From Octopus sinensis (lineage: Eukaryota), in contig NW_021826265.1 of the NCBI RefSeq assembly GCF_006345805.1, forward strand, positions 1 through 39,687: 39,687 nucleotides of DNA, in the 5' to 3' direction. Under the pieces are notes generated by a model, which was not told the origin of the DNA, made no database searches, and worked only from the letters and a program-made list of their open reading frames with translations. Below, one piece after another: positions 10,717 through 21,757 of the stretch (the stretch's first letter is position 1; the number at the start of each line of letters is the position of its first letter). The position numbers and the translations under genes are program-made.

Positions 10717-11210
10717 ACTAGTGTCGGCTCGATAGTTGCGGCCTTGCTAAATTCTAAAAGTAGAAAGAATATTATAAGCTCAAAATGAGAAAAATGGAAA
10801 TTATCGAATCCGAGGTTATAGAGGTCGCACTTTTTATGCCTATTTAATTTAGATAATTATTTTTCAATTTCATTTATTTATATATCTATTGCAAACTAAA
10901 CATTGTCTAGGAAAAAAAATCACTCCATGTTTCATATGCGACGCTGACCCTTCCGTACACTGATTTTGACTCTGAAGCTCTTTTTCATGTGTGTTGCTGA
11001 AATTGGGATGCGTTTTCTATTCCTGGGATTGGAGATTAAAATCAACAAATTCGATTGTAATGAATCAATTTTCAGGTTGCAGTAAATAAATAGATAAATG
11101 AAATTCAAATATAACTAGCTAAATAGAATAGAAATAAAAAGTGTGCATTTAATATTTTTCCTTCTTTTAGAATTTAGCATGGCCGCAGAAAGAAAATGAG
11201 CTGTCACGAG

Positions 11211-11212
<2 letters not shown>
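10717..11212. mobile_element. Non-autonomous DNA element with 23-bp subterminal inverted repeats, inserted between (TA)n tracts
   Basis: GCGGCCTTGCTAAATTCTAAAAG (10738-60) pairs with CTTTTAGAATTTAGCATGGCCGC (11164-86) with 1 mismatch. The element starts ACTAG. Confidence 0.65.
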
Positions 11213-11257
<45 letters not shown>

Positions 11258-11260
<3 letters not shown>

Positions 11261-11423
11261 GACGGACTTCTTTCAGTTTCCGTCTACAAAATCCATTCAC
11301 AAGTCTTTGGTCGGTCCGAGACTATAGTAGAAGACACTTTCCCAAGGTGCCACGCAGTGAGACTGAACCCGGAACCATGTGGTTCATAAGCAAGCTACTT
11401 ACCACACATCCACTCCTACGCCT
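11258..11423 (-). mobile_element. SINE family A head half
   Basis: Matches 5990-6154 at high similarity and ends in (TA)n. Confidence 0.85.
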
Positions 11424-11443
11424 GTATATATATGTATGTATAC

Positions 11444-11475
<32 letters not shown>

Positions 11476-11484
11476 AATACTAGG

Positions 11485-11605
11485 CTTAGTAGAATAAGTA
11501 CTAGGCTTACAAGGAATAATTCTGGGGTCGATTAGTTCGACCAAATGCGGTGCTCCATCATGGGAGCAATCAAATGACTGAAACAAATAAAAGAGTAAAA
11601 GAGTA
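11485..11605 (+). mobile_element. SINE family A tail half
   Basis: agaataagtactaggcttacaaggaataa...gcggtgctccatcatgg...aaatgactgaaacaaataaaagagtaaaagag. Confidence 0.8.
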
Positions 11606-12718
11606 ATATACAAAGAGAGAGGAGACAGAAGAGCAGAGAGAGGAGACAGAAGAGCAGAGAGAGGAGAGAGAGAAAGAAATAGAGAAATAGAGGGAAGGAG
11701 AGAGGCTCAGATAGAAATACTTTACGATTTCTGTCCCGCATGTTTGTAACTTCCAAATTATCGATCAAGGAGCACACTAGTGTAGACTACCATTCATGAC
11801 ATCACCAACCGGACTTTCTTTTATCAGATTAGACATGCAATTCAACAACGCTTATACCATATCCTCATTTTTAAAACCGTACGATTGTATCTCTGAAATA
11901 GTTGGCTGATATATTTAGCATTTTAAGAGGTGGCTTAGATACGCATTCGTTGCCACCGTATTCTGTAATAAAATTACGAGATTGATGACATGGTGACATT
12001 TTCAAACAGATTGAAGAAAATACATTTATGTTTTCTTCTTGTACAAAGGTAATCTCCTACCTGTTTCATTCATAATACGGCGGCCACGCTGGGGCACTCC
12101 CTTCCGGAATTTTAGTCGAGCGTATCGTCCCCAGTACTTATCTTTTAAAGGTTGGTGTTCTTATCGCTTTGGATGCCAGCATTTAAAAAAATTAAAGTTT
12201 ACCGAAAAATTTAAAGTTTGGCACAATAATACACTTGTCCAAACTGAATTGCTGGAGTCATTTCCTTTTTTTTTTTCAGAAAAATGTTATTGAAAAGTTA
12301 TAGATGTTTAAATTCTGATCATTTTCACCCAGTCAGGAAACAAGATCTGGAAGCTGTCATTTTATGCGTGACTGCACAATTTCTTGTCAATATCCTGAAA
12401 ATAGTACGTCTTGTCCTTATTTGTAAACAACACTTGTTATGCCTCCGGTAATTTTCTTTCATATAAATAAATGTTTATGTTAATTTAAAAGATTTATAAA
12501 AGAAATCACATTTAGCTGTTATCTTTAAAACACCTCACAACCACCTCAAGCCTCAATGACAAAAGAAACGAGTAATCAAGCATGTAAGCATTCAATATAC
12601 ATTTAATGCAAATGCGATGAACAACATGTTACATGCGGTAAACACATCACAATTAAATATGTTTAATTACAATTTCAAAATGCTTAAAAAATAAACATTA
12701 TATATAATTATATATATA

Positions 12719-12761
<43 letters not shown>

Positions 12762-12919
12762 TAGGTGAATGAATTATCCTATGTTTATCGTCAGCATGGA
12801 AAATTCGTTTTAACCGAAACCTGGGTAGTAGCAAATTCACGTCAGAACCACGGTTGGAGCGACCTGTCAAGGGTAAGAGGTAGAAACTCCGGGTCCATGT
12901 GCAGAAATTTGTGGTGTTG

Positions 12920-13170
12920 TATATGAATAAATGAAAGAATGGAGTCGAACGAAGATGTTAACAAAATTCTTTACTCTCGACATATGTTTCGAAGACAACG
13001 TTTTTGTTTGTCTTGTTGTCGAGAGAGGCTCCCTTTTTTTTACTGATGAGAAGATTGCATAATGCACCCTTTATTCCTTTGGAATGAAAACATGTTGTCT
13101 TCGAAACATATGTCGAGAGTAAAGGAATTTTGTTAACATCTTTGTTCGACTCCATTCTTTCATTTATTCA

Positions 13171-13174
<4 letters not shown>
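12920..13174. mobile_element. TA-flanked foldback with ~80-bp near-perfect arms
   Basis: 12920-12999 and 13094-13174 are reverse complements with 1 substitution and 1 indel. Confidence 0.9.
13034..13125 (+). ncRNA. Hammerhead ribozyme core within the foldback (stem I offset)
   Basis: CUGAUGA is at 13043-49. Stem II is GAAGAUUGCAU 13050-60 / AUGUUGUCUUC 13092-102, followed by GAAA 13103-06. Stem III is the palindrome ACAUAUGU 13106-13, with GUC cleavage after 13114. Proximal stem I pairing is missing: GAGAG follows the site but UUUA precedes the core. Confidence 0.7.
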
Positions 13175-13208
<34 letters not shown>

Positions 13209-13336
13209 CACTCCTCACTCGTATCATTATCGAACCAAGAGTTTAACTACAGTCTATCCATAGCACTTACTTAGCATTACATGCCACTCTTTGGATCTTC
13301 TAGATAGCAATACCTCTCATATACATATGTATGTAT

Positions 13337-13500
13337 ACAACGGGCTTCTTTCAGGTTCCTTCTATTCAATCCATTCACGCGGATTTGATCGTCCCGAGGT
13401 CATAACAGAAGATACTTGCCCAACGTGCCACGCAGTGGGATTGAACCCGTAACCATGTGGTTGTGAAGCAAACCTCATACCACGCAACCTTGCCTGCCCT
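13337..13500 (-). mobile_element. SINE family A head half, degenerate
   Basis: acgggcttctttcagg...gatacttgcccaacgtgccacgcagtgggattgaaccc...accatgtggttg. Confidence 0.8.
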
Positions 13501-13577
13501 TACGTTTAATAATCATAAAATTTTATCGACATGTAAACTTAAGATTAAGCACTGGAAATGATGTATATATCACTAAA

Positions 13578-13947
13578 GGAAGCGCTATAGCCCAATGGTT
13601 AGGGCAGCGGCCTCGTGGATCACGGTTTCGATTACCAGACGGGTGTTGTGAGTGTTTTTTGAGCGGAAACACCTAAAGCTTGACGAGGCTCCGGCAGAGG
13701 GTGGTGGCGAACCCTGCTGTACTATTCCGCCACAATTTCTCTCACACTTTCTTCTTGTTTCTATTGCATCTATATTTCGAAGGGCCAGCCTTGTCACACT
13801 CTGTGTCACAGTGAACCTCTCCGAGAACTACGTTAAGGTAGACGTGTCTGTGGAGTGCTCAGCCACATGTATTTTAATATCACGAACAGACTGTTTCCTT
13901 GATCGGATCAACTGGAAACCTCGTCGTCGTAACCGACGGAGTGTCAC
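13578..13947 (+). mobile_element. tRNA-derived SINE (family C), near full length
   Basis: A box TAGCCCAATGG (13588-98) and B box GGTTTCGATTACC (13624-36). The body/tail gaagggccagccttgtcacactctg...cctcgtcgtcgtaaccgacggagtgtcac has partial relatives at 33812-33990 and (tail, minus) ~1465-1500. Confidence 0.8.
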
Positions 13948-14159
13948 GATATCACTAAGACAACGATTAAAATGATATACAATACAAACTATAAGATATT
14001 ACTTATGAATATTGTTTGGAAGAACATGATGCATTGTTTAATAAAATTAACGGAAAGCATTGAAAATGTATCTGATATTATGCCGTATTACATAGATTGT
14101 GTTAGAAAGCGGATTCGTTTGTTTGCTCCAACAGAAAGAGTAACTGAGAATTATGTTAT

Positions 14160-14432
14160 TAGATGGAGGAGGAGAAGAAGGATAGGAGGAGGAGGAGGAG
14201 GAGGAGGGGAAAAGGTGAAGGAAAAGGAGACCAAGGAGAAAAAGAGTGGGAAGAGTGAAGAATGAGGGGGTAGGACGGGAGTAAGTAAAGTAGGAGAGAA
14301 AAAAGAGGATGAAAGTAGATGTACGAAGTAAAGTAGGAGGTGGAGGATGAAGAGAAAGGAAGGAGGAGAAAAAAAACTGGAGGAGAAAACGAACAGCAAT
14401 GAAAACATCAAAGTGGAGGAGGAGGAGGAGAG
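14160..14432. repeat. Purine-rich (GGA)n/(GA) low-complexity tract
   Basis: Directly visible; near-pure A/G on the + strand. Confidence 0.9.
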
Positions 14433-14981
14433 CAATATGAACGCACCGTAAGGATATTTGCAATGTTAGAGATAGTTAGTTTCAAATAATTTCGACATCT
14501 ATAGGTGTTCGTATAAAATTTCAAATGATTATTAAGCGGAGTTTACCTTGGGAGTTTACAATCGAGATTAGGTATATTAGCTTACAATATTATGTAATAT
14601 GAGTATATATTTATGCATACACAAATATATATTTATGTATTAACACACACGCACACACTCACACACATATACGTATATATATATATATATATATATATGC
14701 ATATTTACATATGCATATTTGTGTATAAATATGTTCATGTCAAATTATTACGAGCAATAGCGTATGCACATAGTATAAAAGTTCAACTGATGTTGTGCAT
14801 ATTTCTACCCGTTAATTCATATATAAACACAGACATATCAACACTCACATGCACATAAGCTTGCGTATATATACACCCGTGTAAGTACATATGCATACGC
14901 ATTGAATAACCTGTGTTTCTTTGATTGTATAAAATCATATATATATACACAAATACATATATATATAATATTATTTATATA

Positions 14982-15012
<31 letters not shown>

Positions 15013-15621
15013 GCATGTATGTATGTATGTGTGTATCTATATGTGTATATGTATAAAGCTACGGTAAACATGTGCACGTGTTATGGAGGGTGAACCCAAT
15101 TAGGCAAGGTGTGCGTATATAAATAATAATGTGCAATTGTGCGCGCTCCTGTGTCTGTTTGAACTTCATATATATGCGTGTATATATATACATGTGTGTG
15201 TATGTGTGTGCATGTATGTGTGTGTTTGTGTGTATTTGTGTTTAAATATATATGCACATCACGTATAATTTAGTTCAATTTGCAAAATATTTGCCTATGT
15301 GTACGTGTGAACATTAGAATTATACACGCATACGAGCACATGCATTTATATTTGTGTATGCATATATATATATATATATATATGCAAGTATGTATGTATG
15401 TATATATATAGAAAGATATATATGTATGTAAGCATGTATATATATCTTTATTTTTATATAAATATATGTATCCAATCGCAGGTACACATGAGTGCACAGG
15501 TTTAAGCAAGTGTGTATGGGTGTATGTGCATGTGTAAATATGTGAGTATGAGCATGTGTAAATTTATATATATATACATATACATATATTTATGAATATA
15601 TATATATATATATATATATGA

Positions 15622-15652
<31 letters not shown>

Positions 15653-15722
15653 AGAATGTAAATATATATATATATTTATACATAAGAATATAAATATATG
15701 TATATACATATATATATGAATT

Positions 15723-15779
<57 letters not shown>

Positions 15780-16547
15780 CATATACATATCTACATATGT
15801 GTGTGAGTGTTTGTGTGCGTATGTGTGTGTGCATGCGACTATGTCTGCATGTTTGTATTTCAATCTATACATTTATTTCTATATAGAACAATAAAACCAC
15901 ATGAATTCCGTGTCAGTATTGTAATTTCTGTTACGTGGAGATTAATACTGTATAAACAGCTATTCTTTATTGAGTAATAAAGTTTGAAAGGACTCCTGCG
16001 ACATTTTATAACTCACACAAACCAGTAAAACACACAAAGGCAATCGCACAAACACACACACACACGCACACACATGCACACATACACAAACACACATTCT
16101 CATCGAATTACTCGCACCAAAGTTGACACAGGAACACACCACACACACGTGATCAATGCAATACATTCAAAAACGTTTATTCAGACCTTCACAAAATGTT
16201 GTCAATTTTCATAATTTTTACATTCAATTTAATCTTTCGCTAATATGTACTTCCGTGTGTTTGTGTGTATATATTTGCGAGTCGTGTTCGTGCGTTTGTG
16301 TATGTGTCTGTGTCTAAATGTATGCATGTGCTTTGTGTATGCTTCTAAGTGTGGGTGTGTGTGTGGTTGAGTTGCAATTTCTATATAACATGTATTGACG
16401 GTTACGTTTTGTGAAGACAATATGGGAATTAGAGAGCATATTGATGCTTGTAAAACCCAAGTCAATTTCTATTACGGAAATATACATATACATATATATA
16501 ATATATATATATCTATATATATTATATATATGTATATATATATGTAT

Positions 16548-16618
<71 letters not shown>

Positions 16619-16621
16619 GTT

Positions 16622-16636
16622 AGGTAGGTAGATATA

Positions 16637-16693
<57 letters not shown>

Positions 16694-16694
16694 C

Positions 16695-16776
<82 letters not shown>

Positions 16777-16815
16777 CAGATAAATAGATAGATAGATGGA
16801 TAAATAGATAGACAG
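16622..16815. repeat. (GATA)n microsatellite
   Basis: Directly visible. Confidence 0.95.
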
Positions 16816-17371
16816 ATAGACCGACTGATAGATAAATATATTAGAATTATAAAAAGAATAGTATGATCACAACGCTGAGAGAAATTATGGAAGCAAGTTG
16901 TACTTGTTTAAACGCTCAGAAAAAGAGCAAAATCTTTTGAGGTTACGTACTTCTATTTCAGGCAATGGCGAAAGAAACAAATAGAGAGAAAAAATGGAGT
17001 GAGAAGACAAACATGCCCGGATGAACGGTTCCACATGTTCATATACGTATATTTCGGGAAAATTAGACAAAGTAGAAAATGCTAAAATAATTTTATCATG
17101 AAGAACATTTTAGTACCGGTTCCAGCCTTTTCGGCTTTTAAAGCAAGAAAAGCAATTAAATTGAGGACAAACTAACTGTAATGTTTCGTTTTAAAATCTC
17201 GATAGTCTTCAAACAGGTAGATTTTCCGTTTTTCTGTCTCTCTCTCTCTTTTACTTATGTGATGCCTTGGTAGATGGTGGTATCTTCTACTTTGTCTTAT
17301 ACAAATTAACTCGTGTGTTCCTTTTCAACCTTCTACACACACACACACACACACATATATATATTATATAT

Positions 17372-17406
<35 letters not shown>

Positions 17407-17559
17407 CCTTTCAGTGAGAATGTTTATGTTAAGCAGTGTTGAGTTTTACAATTCTGTAAATAATTATAATTGTATATTTGCATAAGCTTAAAACTTATAG
17501 CTAAGGAAAAAAGTCTAATAATGGGGTATATGAGCCCTCGACAGAAAAAGTAGGCTTTC

Positions 17560-17633
17560 TCGTACGCGTGGAAATCGAAACCACATCCCTTTGTTAAAGT
17601 GGTTAAGTGTGTTACCGATTACACCATCGAACC
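17560..17633 (-). ncRNA. tRNA-like Pol III cassette (left arm; not a functional tRNA)
   Basis: Minus strand: GGTTCGA-TG-GTGT AATCGGTA ACAC (perfect D arm) ... GTGGT TTCGATT TCCAC-GCGTACGA, then TTTTT at 17549-45. The anticodon arm is degenerate. Confidence 0.6.
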
Positions 17634-17745
17634 AGTCTGATGACACCGCTTAACAAAACCCTTCTTACTGAAAATATATAAAGTTTGTTTATAAAAACAC
17701 CTACGAACTAATATAATTCTCATATTTGATAAAAGGGAGCTGACA

Positions 17746-17819
17746 GGTTTGCTGGTGTAATCGGTAACAAACTTAGTCGCGTTAACACAAGGATGTGGAT
17801 TCGAGTCCCACGCGTACGA
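17746..17819 (+). ncRNA. tRNA-like Pol III cassette (right arm; not a functional tRNA)
   Basis: GGTTTGC-TG-GTGT AATCGGTA ACAA ... GTTAAC ... GTGGA TTCGAGT CCCAC-GCGTACGA, then TTTTT at 17830-34. The anticodon arm is degenerate. Confidence 0.6.
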
Positions 17820-17892
17820 GAAAACCTACTTTTTCTATCGAGGGCTTATATTTCCCATCATTTGCTATAAGCCTTAAGCTTATAAAAATACC

Positions 17893-17930
<38 letters not shown>

Positions 17931-18083
17931 CCGGCCGTTTGTGTATGTGTCTAACTGTATGTATGTGCCAGCGGGGTGGCGTCATTTGAAGGCTAAAACA
18001 ATACGAAACGCATTGTGACCAGCGATGTGTTGCTAGATCTGATGGTCTGGTCGGTCACGGTGATGTATATATATAATAATGAT

Positions 18084-18135
<52 letters not shown>

Positions 18136-19693
18136 GTTAATATACATATACATATCGTCAATGTGTGATATATCCGTAAAAGAACAGCAGTATAAAGCGA
18201 AGAGCAGTAATGCATTTATATGTTGAGTGCATGTCCGCATCCATATATGTATTTCACTGCAAAGCATTCACTGATATCTAGCAATTATATCCAAAAAATG
18301 TTCATCATACCGTGATTATACTGGAGCGTGATACCAAGTTAAGCATTAATTTACTATATTTTTGAATATCCTCGATAATGTTTTAAGTCTACAGCACGTA
18401 ACGCTATTTGCTGGGCATCAGACAGCGATGACTTCGCTGGTATTTCTTTTTAACTCTAAGGGAACTAGCATAGATGGGAGCAAAACAACTCGTGGTATTC
18501 GGAATGTATCGGTATGTATTTATGTTTCTTTACACACCCATGTCACTATATGATTAAATGACATCAATGCTGCCGGTTATATAAGGGTAGATGCTGATGG
18601 GTAGATGTCACCGAACAAACGCAGCAGTTGAGAAGGCTTTTGTGATGTATTATCTTAGCTCTCAAGTTGTTGGCAGCCATGCTATCACTAGTTGATCTGC
18701 AGGGCATGAGGGTGAGCTATGGTTTACTTGGATAAGGCTAATACATAGCTCTCGGCTGCACAGAGTTAATTTAGTTATTGTGTCTCTTTACATTCCAACT
18801 GACACGCACAACAGCGCATGCGTAAATTTATCAATCTCTCTCTATTAATCAATGGCTTTGTGTGTTTGTACATATATATATATATATATATATTACATAT
18901 ATACATATATATATACATACATATATATATACATATATGTATACACACACACACACACAAATATATATATAATATATATATTGTATATATATATATGTAT
19001 ATATATCTAAGTATATATATATATATATGTATATGTATATATACAAATATATATATATATATACATATATATATACATTCATATATTTATATATAATATA
19101 TATATATATATATATACATATACATTCATACATATATATGAATTAACAGATTGATAGAGAGAGAGAGAGAGAGAGATGGGTGCCTGCGTGTATATGTGTG
19201 TTTGTGTATGTGTGTGTGTGTGTATAGCACTCGCGTATGTGTACGTTTTGTATATCTGTGTGTCTTTGTACATATGTATACATTGTACATTTTTATGCAC
19301 AGCAACAAATATGTGTCTCCCTGTATGCGTCTGTATCCATGTCTGTTCGTATATGATACTGCATGCATATTTGAATTTCCATACCTATACATATTTACAT
19401 CATTATATAATATAACACATATGCAAACTTATATATATAATATATATATATAGCACACTAATATACATACTTGCGTGTGATGTTATATATTCATGCGCAT
19501 GTTGCGCATTAATTATACGTACATACATATATACATATACTATATATATATATTATATATATATATATATATACATTTATAAATACATATATATATGCAA
19601 ATGTATATATGTGTGTATATATATGTATGTATATTTATGCATATTTATATGTATGTATATTTATACAGGAAAAGCAGAGTTAAAGAGACGAGT

Positions 19694-19736
<43 letters not shown>

Positions 19737-19882
19737 TAGATAGATAGATAGACAGACACACAGAGGCAGAGAGAAAGAGAGAAAGAAAGAGAGAGAGAGA
19801 CTGATGGAGAAATAGAATATGAGGTGAAAAAAAAGAGAGACAGTGAATGAATATATTGAGAGTTGTTAATGTGTGTGCCAAA

Positions 19883-19914
<32 letters not shown>

Positions 19915-19971
19915 TTTGTGTTGCGTTGAATGAAACTGTCCATTCTTCAACTCAACAAATCCTATGCTAAC

Positions 19972-20158
19972 CTTGTATTCAATTTCACACTATTCAACGA
20001 ATATTCCTTAACATTTCCTCCAGGCCATTGTCAGAGATTCTTGTTTTCGCTGTCGGATTCTTTCTGCTGAGTTCAAGCAATTCTCACCAATACAACAGAA
20101 CGGTTCCCTTCTGAACATAATCGATATTTGGAAATCTTTTCACACTAGAAATTACATC
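19972..20158 (-). other. Candidate non-coding (5'UTR/lncRNA) exon
   Basis: Minus strand: the long polypyrimidine tract TTTCCCCCTGCTGTCTTGTCTTTTTTATGTTTTTCCCCCTCTACAAACAG|G (AG at 20160-59) and the donor CAAG|GTTAGC (GT at 19971-70). All three frames contain stops. Confidence 0.4.
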
Positions 20159-20294
20159 CTGTTTGTAGAGGGGGAAAAACATAAAAAAGACAAGACAGCA
20201 GGGGGAAATAGTAGTGTACGGCTAACTGCTGAAGTATGCGAAGCTCGTTTGACCAAAAAATACTTGGAGGGATTGCATTTCTTCTTGTTGAGCG

Positions 20295-20330
20295 AGGAGA
20301 GCTGACTAGACATTTCGTGGGGTTTATATA
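20295..20330 (-). promoter_or_regulatory. Candidate TATA + Inr core promoter
   Basis: Minus-strand TATATAAA at 20330-20323, with TCAGCT (A at 20303) 27 nt downstream, in unique non-repeat sequence. Confidence 0.35.
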
Positions 20331-20529
20331 ATCGATGGGTGTAAGATTTTTTTACGTCCTATACTCTCATTTTCTTTTATTTAATCAATGACTTACATCT
20401 GTCTATTAATAGATTTCTCCTGTTAATTTTTCTCTCGTATATTGCGAATTTACAGCACCTGTCGCAGATGCCTGCGATTGAAATGTATTAAAAAAACATC
20501 ATCGAGGGCCAATTCTCTACCAATTGGTT

Positions 20530-21710
20530 TATATATTGTTATCAAATATAGGGTACAATGCCAGTAATTTCAGGCGAGGAACAAGGCGATTACATCGACC
20601 ACAGTACTATCTTATCGATCATGCTACTATCTTATCTACCGCGAATGGATGGAAATCAGAGTCGACCTCGTCGGAAGTTGAACTCTGAACGTAAAGCTGG
20701 ATGACATACCGTAAAACATTTTGCCCAACCGGCCGCCTTAATTCGATTATATATTTATATGGTGAATGCCATTTACGTTACTGTTGTTTAGTATCTTCAC
20801 CCTGCCAAGGTAATTACTGAAATCAGCACCTACTATGGTGGATTGGTAGAATCAGTAGAGCCTTAGGAAAAAATGTGTTAGTATTATTTCTTCTGGTTCA
20901 TGACTTCCCGAGTACAAACTCAGCCGAGGTCGGTTTTTTTGTTTTCCATCCGTGCGATTAGATAAAATATGTGGCAGTCAAGAATTGAATTCTCTCTAAT
21001 CAGCTTATCCCTTAACCTAAAAACTTATGGCTTTGAGACGAAATTTTAAACTATTATCAAGGGTGGTGGATTCGCAGGATTGAAACAGCATAACAACATG
21101 TCCTTGCGACAGCACTTCTGGCTCTCTGTATTCTAACCCTATCCAAATCATTCTTGTGATTCATCATTCTATGATCGTTAACATAAAGTACCAGCCAAAA
21201 AACTGGGGTAGCTTTTAATCTAACCAACCCAGAAAATTTCAGGCCTTTGCCTAAATTACAAAATATCTATTATTACAGAATGTGGATTGGTTCAGTACTA
21301 TGTGTCATTTCTTCTGCCTTGTTATGTCCTGCATTCGAGTTCTCCTGAAAAAATCAACTCTGTATATCACTCCAAAACAGAGTTCCGTCTTTACTGAGAG
21401 GAAAGATTTTGATTTGTTACAGTGATAAATGTCAAAATAACAGACTACAGTAACGAAATCATAATTATTTTCTTAGTTTAACACCAGATATTAGTTAGAA
21501 ATTTTAGCACAAGGCCAGGAAGTTCGGGGGAGAGTATAAGTTGATTACATCGTCCACAGTATCTAACTGGCATTCACTTATTGAACCTGAACGAATAAAA
21601 GGCGTAGGTGACCTTGCAGGAATTTGAACTCAGAACGGGAAATCGGACGAAATGCCGCTAAGCATTTTGCCTGTCGTGCTAATGATCCTGCCTGCTCTTC
21701 GCTTTATGTA
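20530..21710. mobile_element. Cluster of family B SINE copies (minus 20540-20750, plus ~20820-21260, minus 21490-21705)
   Basis: Recurring motifs gtcgacctcgtcggaagttgaactctgaacgtaaag, ggaatttgaactcagaacgg..aatcggacgaaatgccgctaagcattttgcc; B-box-like GAGTTCAAATTCC on the minus strand. Confidence 0.75.
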
Positions 21711-21757
21711 ACACAAAATATTACTATGAGAAATTTGTGTATTACAATAATTTCAAA

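Larger units (their letters stand above)
17472..17892. mobile_element. Foldback element whose arms contain divergent tRNA-like cassettes
   Basis: Inverted repeat ~17472-17640 / ~17740-17892 with a 14-bp indel and a spacer of about 100 bp. Confidence 0.8.

Noticed and set aside
13652-13975. 107-aa ORF
   Set aside because: Lies entirely within the family C SINE.
17560-17819. Functional tRNA genes
   Set aside because: Anticodon stems do not pair, the anticodons differ between arms and the acceptor stems are mismatched; kept only as tRNA-like cassettes.
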